64,000 bases of DNA from an uncultured Gemmatimonadaceae bacterium (GTDB lineage: Bacteria > Gemmatimonadota > Gemmatimonadetes > Gemmatimonadales > GWC2-71-9), in NCBI GenBank assembly GCA_964574665.1, contig CAZNOJ010000002.1, forward strand, positions 6,130 to 70,129, read 5' to 3'. The translations under genes and the position numbers were made by a program. This document shows, one piece after another, positions 1 to 8,559 of the stretch. Position 1 is the stretch's first letter. Every line of letters begins with the position of its first letter. Under the pieces are notes generated by a model. It searched no databases. It was not told the origin of the DNA and worked only from the letters and a program-made list of their open reading frames with translations.

Positions 1-1
1 C

Positions 2-421
2 AACCGCCCCTACGACCGGGTGGAGCCCGACGACCTGCTGCACTTCGGCCTGATCCCGGAACTGGTCGGGCGGTTGCCGGTGCTGGTGCCGCTGGAGTCG
101 CTCGACGAGGACGCCCTGGTGCGGATCCTGGTGGAGCCGCGCAACGCCCTCACGCGGCAGTACCAGCGGCTCTTCGAACTGGAGGGCGTGGGCCTCACCT
201 TCGACCAGGGCGCCCTGCGCGCCGCCGCCAAGAAGGCGATCACCCGGCAGACCGGCGCGCGCGGGTTGCGCTCGATCCTCGAGGGCGTGATGACCGACAT
301 CATGTTCGACCTCCCCGCCCGGTCCGACGTGCGCGAGGTGATCGTCACGCCCGAGACCATCAGCGAGGGGACCGCGCCCCTGGTGGTGACCGAGCGGCCG
401 CGGCAGAAGAAGGAAGCCTGA
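2..421 (+). CDS. clpX: ATP-dependent Clp protease ATP-binding subunit ClpX, C-terminal fragment (5' end lies outside the window)
   Basis: The frame is open to the window edge. The translation [21 protein letters not shown]...[15 protein letters not shown]...[11 protein letters not shown] matches the conserved ClpX C-terminal region. Stop TGA at 419-421. Confidence 0.9.
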   Translation, partial: NRPYDRVEPDDLLHFGLIPELVGRLPVLVPLESLDEDALVRILVEPRNALTRQYQRLFELEGVGLTFDQGALRAAAKKAITRQTGARGLRSILEGVMTDIMFDLPARSDVREVIVTPETISEGTAPLVVTERPRQKKEA

Positions 422-428
422 GTCACCG

Positions 429-1037
429 GTGAGGGCGGCCACGCCCCTGGCACAGCTCCCGGTGGAGTTCGTGGGCTCGTTTCCCGACCCGCTGCACCGC
501 CTCGACCCGCCCCTGCCCGAGTTCGCCCTGATCGGTCGCTCCAACGTCGGCAAGTCGTCGTTGCTCAACGCGCTGGTCGGGCGCCGGGGCCTCGCCCGCG
601 TCTCGGCCACCCCGGGCAAGACCCAGCTCCTCAACATCTTCCGGTTGCCGACGCTGTACTTGATCGACCTGCCGGGGTACGGTTATGCCAGGGCCTCGCA
701 CGCGGAGCGAGCCGGCTACCGGACGCTGCTCGAACGACTGCTCCGTGACCGCGCCTCCCTCGCCGGGGTCATCTGGCTGCTCGACATCCGCCATCCCCCT
801 TCGCGCGACGACCAGGAGTTCCACCAGATGCTCGAACGCTCCGGGGTCGCCGTGCTGGCGGTGCTCACCAAGGCGGACAAGCTCAACCGCTCCGGGCAGG
901 CCCGCGCCGTGCGCGAACGCGCCGCCGAACTGGGGCTGGAGCACGACCAGGTGCAGGTGGTGTCGGCCGAGCGTGGCGAAGGCATCGTCGAGCTGGCCGA
1001 GGCGCTGCTGGCCCGCGCGGGAGAGGAGGCACGATGA
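429..1037 (+). CDS. engB: Ribosome-biogenesis GTPase EngB/YsxC
   Basis: GTG start 8 nt after the clpX stop. G1 motif GRSNVGKSSLLNAL, G3 DLPGYG and G4 TKADK are present. The size (202 aa) fits the family. Confidence 0.88.
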   Translation: MRAATPLAQLPVEFVGSFPDPLHRLDPPLPEFALIGRSNVGKSSLLNALVGRRGLARVSATPGKTQLLNIFRLPTLYLIDLPGYGYARASHAERAGYRTLLERLLRDRASLAGVIWLLDIRHPPSRDDQEFHQMLERSGVAVLAVLTKADKLNRSGQARAVRERAAELGLEHDQVQVVSAERGEGIVELAEALLARAGEEAR

Positions 1038-1672
1038 CCCGTCCCCTGGCTGTCGCCGCGATGACCATGACGCTCGTGGGGTGTGCCGCGCGGAGCGCCC
1101 CGGCGCAGGATCCCTCGCCGATGGACACCTCCGGGGCCCTGGTGCCCGCCGGGCACGGACAGCTCGGCCAGGACCAGATCACCCTCTCGTTCCGCAACGG
1201 CAACCTCGACATCCGGTTCACGCCGCTCGACGAGCGGGTGCTCCGCCTCCTCACCGACGAGGCCTACCGGGCGCTCACCGACCTGGTCGCCGACCAGCGC
1301 CCCCGGATCGATTCGGTCACCACGCGCTTCGCCATCCGCCGCCCCGGCCTCGCGCTGGTGAGCTTCTACGGCCTGGCACCCGACACGCGGTTCGACCCGA
1401 GGATCCTGCTGGTCAACGTGCGCAACCGGGTGGTGCGGCCCGTGGCCACCATCCCGCTCTCCCCCGCGTTCTCGGCGCAGCAGCTCGAGCTCCGGCAGCA
1501 GGCGATGGGGATCTTCGTGTTCGACGAGCCCCTGCCGGTGACGGAACCGTTCGGCGTGGAGTACCTCACCACCGTGGTGACCGACTGGGAGCGCCGCCTC
1601 CCCCGATTCGACCGTGAACGGGCGCGCATCCAGGCGCGCACCGGCAGCGGCACCCCGCCGGGAGCGCCCTGA
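1034..1672 (+). CDS. Hypothetical lipoprotein
   Basis: ATGA overlap with the engB stop. The N-terminus MTRPLAVAAMTMTLVGC carries a lipobox (LVGC). No recognisable catalytic motif. Confidence 0.6.
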   Translation: MTRPLAVAAMTMTLVGCAARSAPAQDPSPMDTSGALVPAGHGQLGQDQITLSFRNGNLDIRFTPLDERVLRLLTDEAYRALTDLVADQRPRIDSVTTRFAIRRPGLALVSFYGLAPDTRFDPRILLVNVRNRVVRPVATIPLSPAFSAQQLELRQQAMGIFVFDEPLPVTEPFGVEYLTTVVTDWERRLPRFDRERARIQARTGSGTPPGAP

Positions 1673-2505
1673 TGCCGATCCGACCGCTCAAGCGGATCCT
1701 GGTCCCCGAGGCGATGCAGGCCCTGGGCGATCGCTGGCTGGCGGACCTCGATGCCCAGCTCTCCGCGCCCGACGCGGACTGGCGAGCCGTGGCGCGCGAG
1801 CAGCTCTTTGCGCTCGGCTACCCCGGCCAGGGAGGGTGGGAAGAGCGCGCCGGCGACGAACGGCTCCCCCTCGCCTCGCGCCTGGCCCTTGCCGCCCTAG
1901 ACCCCGCCAACGTCACGCTGGAGCCGGAGTACTACGCCGAGGTGGACCAGGACCGCTTCGCGCGAGTCAAGCCGCTGCTCTGGCTCTGGTACTCCTTCGA
2001 CCGGCTCCCCATCGGCGGCCAGCATGTGGCGCACGGCGTCGAGTTCCGGCGGCTCCTGGCCCCGCGGATCTTCGAGCGCGTGGGCCGCAACTTCAAGTGC
2101 TTCCAGCACGTGGAGTTCTCGTTCGGCTACAACATGGACGTGGGCGACGACGTGGTGGTCCACCGCCACGTCCTGCTCGACGACCGCGGCGGGATCACGC
2201 TCGGCGACCGCGTCTCGATCTCCGACTACGCCAACATCTACTCGCACACGCACAGCATCGTGGACCAGAAGGACGTCACCTCGCTCCGGACCGTGCTGGA
2301 GCCCGACGTGCGCATCACCTACCACGCCACCGTGCTCGCCGGGGTGCGGGTGGGCCAGAACGGCATGGTGGGGGCGTGCGCGCTGGCCACCAAGGACGTG
2401 CGACCCTACCACGTGAACGTCGGCATCCCCGCCAAGAGCGTGCGCGTCAAGCCGAACGCCCCGCCCGACCTGACGCGGACCACACGGGAGCCGTCGGGGG
2501 GCTGA
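1672..2505 (+). CDS. Hexapeptide-repeat (left-handed beta-helix) acyl/acetyltransferase family protein
   Basis: The start overlaps the upstream stop by 1 nt (TGATG). The C-terminal half shows an imperfect hexapeptide periodicity (VGDDVVVHRHVLLDDRGGITLGDRVSISDYANIYSH...VRITYHATVLAGVRVGQNGMVGACALATKDV). Substrate cannot be inferred. Confidence 0.7.
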   Translation: MPIRPLKRILVPEAMQALGDRWLADLDAQLSAPDADWRAVAREQLFALGYPGQGGWEERAGDERLPLASRLALAALDPANVTLEPEYYAEVDQDRFARVKPLLWLWYSFDRLPIGGQHVAHGVEFRRLLAPRIFERVGRNFKCFQHVEFSFGYNMDVGDDVVVHRHVLLDDRGGITLGDRVSISDYANIYSHTHSIVDQKDVTSLRTVLEPDVRITYHATVLAGVRVGQNGMVGACALATKDVRPYHVNVGIPAKSVRVKPNAPPDLTRTTREPSGG

Positions 2506-2520
2506 CCTGCAGGTCATGCC

Positions 2521-2614
2521 GTGAAGGGTGAAGGGTGAAGGGTGAAGCGGACGCGATTCCCGCTTCACCCTTCACCCTTCACGCTTCACCCTTCACCCTT
2601 CACCCATCACCCTT
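2521..2614. repeat. Tandem-heptamer hairpin element, GTGAAGG family (copy A)
   Basis: The left arm is 3 x GTGAAGG followed by a truncated GTGAAG (2521-2547, 3.9 units). The loop is about 9 nt (acgcgattc). The right arm has about 7 CCTTCAC-type units (2560-2614). The element starts 16 nt after the acetyltransferase stop. Confidence 0.9.
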
Positions 2615-2618
2615 CCCG

Positions 2619-2678
2619 CGTGATGCCGTGATCCTTCCGTGACCATTCCGTTGCCATTCCCGTGACCTCCCCGTGGCC
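2619..2678. repeat. Degenerate 11-nt tandem repeat (about 5-6 copies of CGTGAYCNTTC) upstream of the TonB-dependent receptor gene
   Basis: Read directly: cgtgatgc / cgtgatccttc / cgtgaccattc / cgttgccattc / cgtgacctccc / cgtggcc. The period is about one helical turn. It lies 90-145 nt upstream of the ATG at 2765. Confidence 0.6.
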
Positions 2679-2764
2679 CGGGGCGGCGATCGTGCTGCCG
2701 AATTCTGGAGCCCGGCGCGACGGTCGTGCCGGGTCCACGAACCGGCTCACGATGGACGGACACG

Positions 2765-5503
2765 ATGACGCAACGATGGATCCTGGCGGCGGCCCTTCTC
2801 CTGCCCACGCTCGCCGCGGCCCAGTCGCCCGCCACCGGTCGGATCGTCGGTCGGGTGATCGAGGTGGACGGCGGCGCGGGCATCGCCGGGGCCCGGGTCG
2901 CGGTGGTGGGAACCACGCAGGCCACCACCACTTCGATCGACGGCCGGTTCGCCCTCGGGGACGTGGCCGCCGGGGCGGTGACGCTCCGGATCACGATGGT
3001 GGGATACACGCCGAAGAGCGTCACCGGCGTGCAGGTCCCGGCCGGCGGCGTGGTCGAGCAGGTGGTCACCCTCGCGGCCACCGTGGTGGAACTCCAGGAA
3101 GTGACCGTGAGCGCGGCGGTGGAGGCCGGCTCGGTCGACGCCGCCCTGGACGAGCAACGCAACTCCGTGGGGATCGTCAACGCGATCTCGTCGGAGCAGA
3201 TCGCCCGCTCGCCGGACGGCGACGCGGCGGCAGCGGTGCAGCGGGTCAGCGGCGTCACGGTGCAGGATGGCCGGTATGTGGTGGCCCGCGGCCTGGGGGA
3301 TCGCTACACCCAGGCCTCGCTCAACGGCGCCCGGATCCCGTCGCCTGAACCCGAGAAGAAGGTGGTCCCGCTCGACCTCTTCCCCTCGTCGCTGCTGTCG
3401 GCGATCACCACCTCCAAGACCTTCACGCCCGACCAGCCGGGCGACTTCTCGGGTGCCTCGGTCAACATCCGTACCAGGGAGTTCCCCGGGCGCCACTTCC
3501 TGTCCATGTCGGCATCGCTGGGCTTCAATGACGCCGTCACCGGCTCGACGCTGGGCTTCGCCCCGACGTTGTCGGCGGACTGGGCCGCGCTGGGCGCCTC
3601 AGACCGGGCGCTGCCCGCGCAGGTGGCCGGCACCGACTTCGGCCAGGCGCTGGGCCCCGACCAGGTCAATGCCCTGCTGGGCTCCCTCCGAAACTCCTGG
3701 TCGGTGCGGCAGCGGAGCGCCGCCCCGAACGGCTCGTTCGGCGCGGCACTCGGCGGCAACCTCCCCACCGGCGGTACCGGGATTTCCTACCTGCTGAGCG
3801 GCACCTACTCCAGCGCGCAGGAGGCGCGGCTGGGCGAGGTGCGCGCGCTGGCGGCGCCGATCTCCAGCGGCGCGGCCGAGGAGATCGACCGGTTCGAGGG
3901 CACCACGGCGCGCAACACGGTGCTGTGGGGCGGCATCGCCAACTTCAGCACCACGTTGGGCCGCCACACCAAGGTGTCGCTCAACAACACCTACAACCGT
4001 ACCATGGACAACGAGGGGCGCCACGAGACGGGCTACTCGGAAAACCTGGCGATTCCCCTCGACATCCAGCGGCTCCGCTACGTGGAGCGACGCATCCACT
4101 CGTCGCAGTTGGCCTTCCGCCACGAGCTCTCCGGCGGGCGGCTGGGGATCGAATGGGGAGCCACGGTGTCGGGGGTGAGCCGCCAGGAGCCCGATCGCTC
4201 CGAGGTGGTCTACACCCGGGCTGGGAGCGACGAGGCGCAGTGGCTCGGCTTCTCCAACGAGGCGGCGGTGCGCACCTTCGGCGCGCTCGAGGAGGACGCC
4301 CTCGAGGGCAACCTGAACCTGCAGTGGAACCTGGGCCCGCGAGGCCGCACCATCCTCCGCGCCGGGGCACTGTACCGCACGGTGCACCGCGACGCCGACA
4401 ACCGGGTCTATTCGATCTCGCTCAACCGCGCCCTGCCGGATGCGGCCGCGGCCGCAGCACCCGAGGAGATCTTCGCCACGCATGCGGGCCAGGGTGACGA
4501 CTACTTCCGGATCTTCCCGCTGACCGCCGGGGGCGCCTATGCCGCCGAGGATCGCCTCCTGGCGGGCTACGCGATGGCGGTGCTCCCGATCACCGGCTCG
4601 ATCGAGGCGGTGGTGGGCGGACGCCTGGAGCACTCCGCCGTGGACGTGACGTCGCGGTCCACCGCCAACCAGGCCTCGCTGGCGCAGCCGCGCTACACCG
4701 ACCTCCTCCCCGCCCTGGCCATCACCTGGCGCGCGGGCGAGGACGTGAATGTCCGCTTCTCGGCCACCCGGACGCTGTCGCGGCCGGAGTACCGTGAGCT
4801 GTCGCCCATCCTGTTCCGGGAGGTGATCGGTGGCGACAACGTCCGCGGCAACGAGGGGCTCGACCGCACCCTGATCAGCAACCTCGACCTGCGCTGGGAG
4901 TGGTACCCGGAGCGCGGCGAGGTGCTCAGCGTGGCGCTCTTCGCGAAGCAGTTCGACCAGCCGATCGAGCGGGTCTACCAGGGCACGTCGGGGACCCGGA
5001 TCATCTCCTACGTCAATGCCGACGGCGCCGAGAACTACGGCGTCGAGCTGGAGGCCCGCAAGTCGCTGGCGTTCCTCGCCGAGGGCCTCCGACCGCTCTC
5101 CGTGTTCGGCAACGCCACCGTGATGCACTCGCGGATCACGATCGACCCGTCGGCCGGCGCGATCACCAACGCCGACCGGCGCATGGTGGGGCAGTCGCCC
5201 TACGTGCTGAATGGCGGCATCACCTGGAACCACCCCACCGCCGACCTCTCGGCAACGGTGCTGTTCAACCGGGTGGGCGAGCGGATCACCGAGGCGGGCG
5301 AGTCGCCGCTTCCGGACATCGTGGAGGCGCCGCGCAACGTGCTCGACGCCTCGCTCCGGTTCCCGGTGGTGGGCACGCTGTCCGCCCGCGTGGACGCGCG
5401 CAACCTGCTCGACGCGCCGTACCTGGTGACGCAGGGGGGCGTCACGCGGCAGCGCTACACCGCCGGCCGCGTCTTCACGATCGGATTCGCCTGGCAACAG
5501 TGA
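2765..5503 (+). CDS. TonB-dependent outer-membrane receptor with N-terminal carboxypeptidase-regulatory-like domain
   Basis: Signal peptide MTQRWILAAALLLPTLAAAQS. CarboxypepD_reg-like segment GRIVGRVIEVDGGAGIAGARVAVVGT. Plug region VNAISSEQIARSPDGDAAAAVQRVSGVTVQDGRYVVARGLGDRYT. A long barrel ends in ...GRVFTIGFAWQQ. I prefer the ATG at 2765 to the ORF-track start at 2726 because it places the signal peptide at the N-terminus. Confidence 0.88.
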   Translation: MTQRWILAAALLLPTLAAAQSPATGRIVGRVIEVDGGAGIAGARVAVVGTTQATTTSIDGRFALGDVAAGAVTLRITMVGYTPKSVTGVQVPAGGVVEQVVTLAATVVELQEVTVSAAVEAGSVDAALDEQRNSVGIVNAISSEQIARSPDGDAAAAVQRVSGVTVQDGRYVVARGLGDRYTQASLNGARIPSPEPEKKVVPLDLFPSSLLSAITTSKTFTPDQPGDFSGASVNIRTREFPGRHFLSMSASLGFNDAVTGSTLGFAPTLSADWAALGASDRALPAQVAGTDFGQALGPDQVNALLGSLRNSWSVRQRSAAPNGSFGAALGGNLPTGGTGISYLLSGTYSSAQEARLGEVRALAAPISSGAAEEIDRFEGTTARNTVLWGGIANFSTTLGRHTKVSLNNTYNRTMDNEGRHETGYSENLAIPLDIQRLRYVERRIHSSQLAFRHELSGGRLGIEWGATVSGVSRQEPDRSEVVYTRAGSDEAQWLGFSNEAAVRTFGALEEDALEGNLNLQWNLGPRGRTILRAGALYRTVHRDADNRVYSISLNRALPDAAAAAAPEEIFATHAGQGDDYFRIFPLTAGGAYAAEDRLLAGYAMAVLPITGSIEAVVGGRLEHSAVDVTSRSTANQASLAQPRYTDLLPALAITWRAGEDVNVRFSATRTLSRPEYRELSPILFREVIGGDNVRGNEGLDRTLISNLDLRWEWYPERGEVLSVALFAKQFDQPIERVYQGTSGTRIISYVNADGAENYGVELEARKSLAFLAEGLRPLSVFGNATVMHSRITIDPSAGAITNADRRMVGQSPYVLNGGITWNHPTADLSATVLFNRVGERITEAGESPLPDIVEAPRNVLDASLRFPVVGTLSARVDARNLLDAPYLVTQGGVTRQRYTAGRVFTIGFAWQQ

Positions 5504-5628
5504 GCACCCTGCACGTGTGACCCGACCGTGACCCGGCCGTGGTGCAACGCCGACACCTGCTGCCGTAATTGGGCGCCGAGTGTCGGCGTTTGCCGTGGAC
5601 GATGATCACCAACCTCGAGGATTGCCCC

Positions 5629-7320
5629 ATGCGTGTCGCGAAGCTGTCCCGTTCCCTTCTCGCCCTGACGGCGGTGCTGGTGGCCGCGTGCGGCGAAGAC
5701 CCGGTGACCCCGCCGCCGGGGAACGACAACCCTGCGCCGACCGGCCTCGCCGCCGCCCCGACGGGCACCACGACCATCAACCTGACCTGGGCCGCTCCCG
5801 CGAAGGCGGTGACCCAGTTCGTGCTGCAGCGCGCCACCGGCACCGGCGCCTACGCCGAGATCGCCCGGCCCGCCGCGGGGGCCACGGCCTACGCCGATGC
5901 GGGACTCACCGCCTCCACCGCCTACTCGTATCGCCTCGCCGCGGTGCGCGATGGCGCCACGTCCGCCTTCTCCGCGGTGGCCACCGCCACGACCGGGGAC
6001 GAGGAAGTTCCCAGCAACATCGTGGACGTGACGGCGAACATCACCACCAACACCCTGTGGACCTCCGTCAAGATCTACGTGCTCAAGGGGTTCATCAAGG
6101 TGGCCAACGGGGCCACCCTGACGATCCAGCCCGGCACCCGGATCGTCGGCGACTTCGAGACGCTCGGTGCCTCCCTGTTCGTGCTGCGCGGCGCCCGGAT
6201 CGTCGCCAACGGCACGGCGGACCACCCGATCGTCTTCACCTCGGAGCGCGAGGCGGGTCAGCGGCAGCCCGGCGACTGGGGCGGGCTGATCCTGATCGGC
6301 AACGCCCGGATCAATCGGTCGGGGACGGTCAACCTCGAGGGGACCGGCACCGACAACACGCTGAATCCCTTCATCCCCTACTCGGGCGGCGACAACGACT
6401 TCGACAACTCCGGCTCGCTCCGCTACGTGCGAGTGGAGTACGCCGGGTACGCCCCGGCCCCCGACGCCGAGCTCAACTCCTTCACCTTTGCGGCGGTGGG
6501 CGGCCAGACCACGGTCGAGTTCCTCCAGGCGCTCAACGGCCTCGACGACCACTACGAGTGGTTCGGCGGGACGATGGATGCCCGCAACCTGGTGTCGTAC
6601 GAATCGGGTGACGACCACTTCGACATGTCGGAGGGCTTCCGCGGCCGGCTCCAGTTCCTGATCGGCTACCAGAGCAAGGTGCTGGTACCGCGGCCCCAGG
6701 CCGGCGGCGTCTCCAGCGATCCCCAGGGGATCGAGAACGACGGTTGCGGCTCCAACGCCGGTGGCGGCTGTGATCTCGGCTTCAACTCCACCCCGCTCAC
6801 CATCCCGGTGGTGGCCAACTTCACCCTGATCGGCACCGGCCCAGGGGTGGTGGGCGCCTCGGGTGGCTACGGCATGGTGCTGCGCCGGGGCGTGGGCGGG
6901 CACTACGTCAACGGCCTCCTGGCCCGGTGGCCGTCGGCCGCCGTGGGGTACCGCGATGCGCAGACCAAGCAGCGCGAGATCGAAGGGGTGTTCTCGCTGC
7001 AGGGGATCTACGCGGCCGAGACGGCCACGCTCTTCCAGGCTGGGCAGCAGGTGTACGGATCGCCGGGCAACCTGGAGCACGCGGCCGCCACCACCGCCGC
7101 TTCCCTCTTCACCGCCCTCCCAGCCAATCCGGCGGCGGCGGCCGACTTCGATTGGTCGCTGGCCGCCGGCGTGGCGCCGCGGACCGGAGGCGTGGCGGTT
7201 TTCACCGGCGACCTCGCCAACCGCGCCGCCGGGTTCGTGAACGCCACCGGCTACCGCGGTGCCGCCGACCCGGCCGGTGCCAAGTGGTGGGCTGGCTGGA
7301 CCGCGTATTCGGACAACTGA
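5629..7320 (+). CDS. Surface lipoprotein with fibronectin type III domain and beta-helix-like region (probable partner of the upstream receptor)
   Basis: The ATG at 5629 gives MRVAKLSRSLLALTAVLVAAC (lipobox). An FN3-like segment follows (PTGLAAAPTGTTTINLTWAAP...YSYRLAAV). Then a repetitive beta-rich region (TLTIQPGTRIVGD...ARIVANGTADHPIVFTS). Function unknown. Confidence 0.65.
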   Translation: MRVAKLSRSLLALTAVLVAACGEDPVTPPPGNDNPAPTGLAAAPTGTTTINLTWAAPAKAVTQFVLQRATGTGAYAEIARPAAGATAYADAGLTASTAYSYRLAAVRDGATSAFSAVATATTGDEEVPSNIVDVTANITTNTLWTSVKIYVLKGFIKVANGATLTIQPGTRIVGDFETLGASLFVLRGARIVANGTADHPIVFTSEREAGQRQPGDWGGLILIGNARINRSGTVNLEGTGTDNTLNPFIPYSGGDNDFDNSGSLRYVRVEYAGYAPAPDAELNSFTFAAVGGQTTVEFLQALNGLDDHYEWFGGTMDARNLVSYESGDDHFDMSEGFRGRLQFLIGYQSKVLVPRPQAGGVSSDPQGIENDGCGSNAGGGCDLGFNSTPLTIPVVANFTLIGTGPGVVGASGGYGMVLRRGVGGHYVNGLLARWPSAAVGYRDAQTKQREIEGVFSLQGIYAAETATLFQAGQQVYGSPGNLEHAAATTAASLFTALPANPAAAADFDWSLAAGVAPRTGGVAVFTGDLANRAAGFVNATGYRGAADPAGAKWWAGWTAYSDN

Positions 7321-7326
7321 GTTGCG

Positions 7327-7463
7327 GTAAAGGGTGAAGGGTGAAGGGTGAAGGGTGAAGGGGATAGCAGGTCCTTCGACTCCGGGATCGCCTCGCGATC
7401 CCTTCGCTCAGGATGAGGAACCTGCCCTGTAACCCCCTTCACCCTTCACCCTTCACCCTTCAG
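7327..7463. repeat. Tandem-heptamer hairpin element, GTGAAGG family (copy B), with a 72-nt spacer carrying a second nested palindrome
   Basis: The left arm is GTAAAGG plus 4 x GTGAAGG (7327-7361). The right arm is 3 x CCTTCAC plus CCTTCAG (7436-7463). The spacer contains GGGATCGC-CT-CGCGATCCC and the motif GCGATCCCTTCGCTCAGGATGAGG (7395-7418). Confidence 0.9.
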
Positions 7464-7483
7464 CAACACCCAAGGAGCAGTGC

Positions 7484-8092
7484 GTGAAGCGGTTGACGTG
7501 GCTCGCGGCGATCGCGGCGTTGTCGGGATGCTCATCGGCGGAGAATGCCGTGTTCGACGCCGAGCACCCCTGGCGCCAGCCAGGCGACGTGATCGACTCG
7601 ATCCTCCCGATGGAGGAATACGAGCGCCGCTTCCGGGTCGGGCTGCCGGAGGTGACCGCGTTCGGGCACGGGGCACCCGACCGCGAGGCGCTCGCGTCCC
7701 GCTTCCTGGCCGCCGTGGAGGCACGCGACTCGGTGGCACTCGCGCGGCTGGCGGTGTCGCGCGGCGAGTTCGCGTGGCTGGTCTTTCCGCAGCATCGCTA
7801 CCGGGTGCCGCCGTACGAACTCGACCCGGGCATCGTCTGGATGCAGGTGACCGCTGCCTCGGCGAAGGGGCTGGCCCGGGTGCTGGAGCGCCACGGCGGC
7901 CAGCGCCTCGCGCTCCGGGGGATTTCCTGCGCCTCCGACACGGTGCAGTTCACCCCGGGTCCGGTCCGCGCGTGGGGCGATTGCACCCTGAACTACCAGG
8001 CCGGCGACTCGCTACTCACGCGGCGGCTGTTCGGCACCGTGGTGGAGCACCACGGTGTGGTGAAGCTGCTCGGGTTCTCGAACGACTTCTAG
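7484..8092 (+). CDS. Hypothetical lipoprotein
   Basis: GTG start preceded by AAGGAG (7472-7477). MKRLTWLAAIAALSGC carries a lipobox. No recognisable domain. Confidence 0.6.
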   Translation: MKRLTWLAAIAALSGCSSAENAVFDAEHPWRQPGDVIDSILPMEEYERRFRVGLPEVTAFGHGAPDREALASRFLAAVEARDSVALARLAVSRGEFAWLVFPQHRYRVPPYELDPGIVWMQVTAASAKGLARVLERHGGQRLALRGISCASDTVQFTPGPVRAWGDCTLNYQAGDSLLTRRLFGTVVEHHGVVKLLGFSNDF

Positions 8093-8559
8093 GACCCGAT
8101 GGTGAGCACGTCGTCCAGGGTGGCGTCGTGGTCGCGGAGCAGGAGGCGCTCCACGGCGTCGAGCAGGGTGACGAACCGCGGCCAGGTGGCCCGGTCGCGC
8201 GCAGCTGCCGGCGGCAGCCACGCGTGCGCGTCGTGCTCGGCGGACAGCGTCACCACGTCCGTCGGGGCCACGCGGAGGGCAAAGGCCGGCACGAGGGTGA
8301 CCTCGTCGCGGTCGTGCCGGTAGAACTGCGAGACATGGGACAGGTTGTACCAGCTGCCGTCGCGGATGCCGGATTCCTCCTGGACCTCGCGACGGGCCGC
8401 GGCAACCGGGGCCTCGTCGGGATCGATCGCCCCGTGGACTCCCTCCCAGCTGCCGGGATTGCGGCCCCCGGCTGCGCGGCGGAGCATCAGGATCTCGGCC
8501 CTGCCCTCCCGGACGCGGTAGACCACCACGTCCACCAGCGCCACCCGGATCGTGCTCAC
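8089..8559 (-). CDS. NUDIX hydrolase
   Basis: Complete Nudix box GAIDPDEAPVAAARREVQEESGI (Gx5Ex7REVxEExGI). The GTG start at 8559 overlaps the stop of the upstream ATPase gene (GTGA). The remaining N-terminal part of the 407-aa track ORF runs antisense through that gene and was discarded. Confidence 0.8.
   Translation of the reverse strand: MSTIRVALVDVVVYRVREGRAEILMLRRAAGGRNPGSWEGVHGAIDPDEAPVAAARREVQEESGIRDGSWYNLSHVSQFYRHDRDEVTLVPAFALRVAPTDVVTLSAEHDAHAWLPPAAARDRATWPRFVTLLDAVERLLLRDHDATLDDVLTIGS

Noticed and set aside
2521-2614. CRISPR array as an explanation for the short repeats
   Set aside because: The units are 7 nt, directly abutting with no spacers, and are arranged as inverted arms. 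No cas genes are present. The layout is not CRISPR-like.
2615-2764. Cobalamin or other riboswitch in the TonB-dependent receptor leader
   Set aside because: I could not find a B12-box-like string or any other riboswitch hallmark. The region is better described by the 11-nt direct repeats. A covariance-model scan would still be the decisive check.
7251-7442. Short ORFs translating as ...PSPFTLHPSPFT... (also 1897-2568, 14082-14969, 14738-14962 and 23215-23553)
   Set aside because: The distinctive peptide repeats are simply translations of the GTGAAGG/CCTTCAC heptamer arms. These ORFs overlap well-supported genes or intergenic hairpins.
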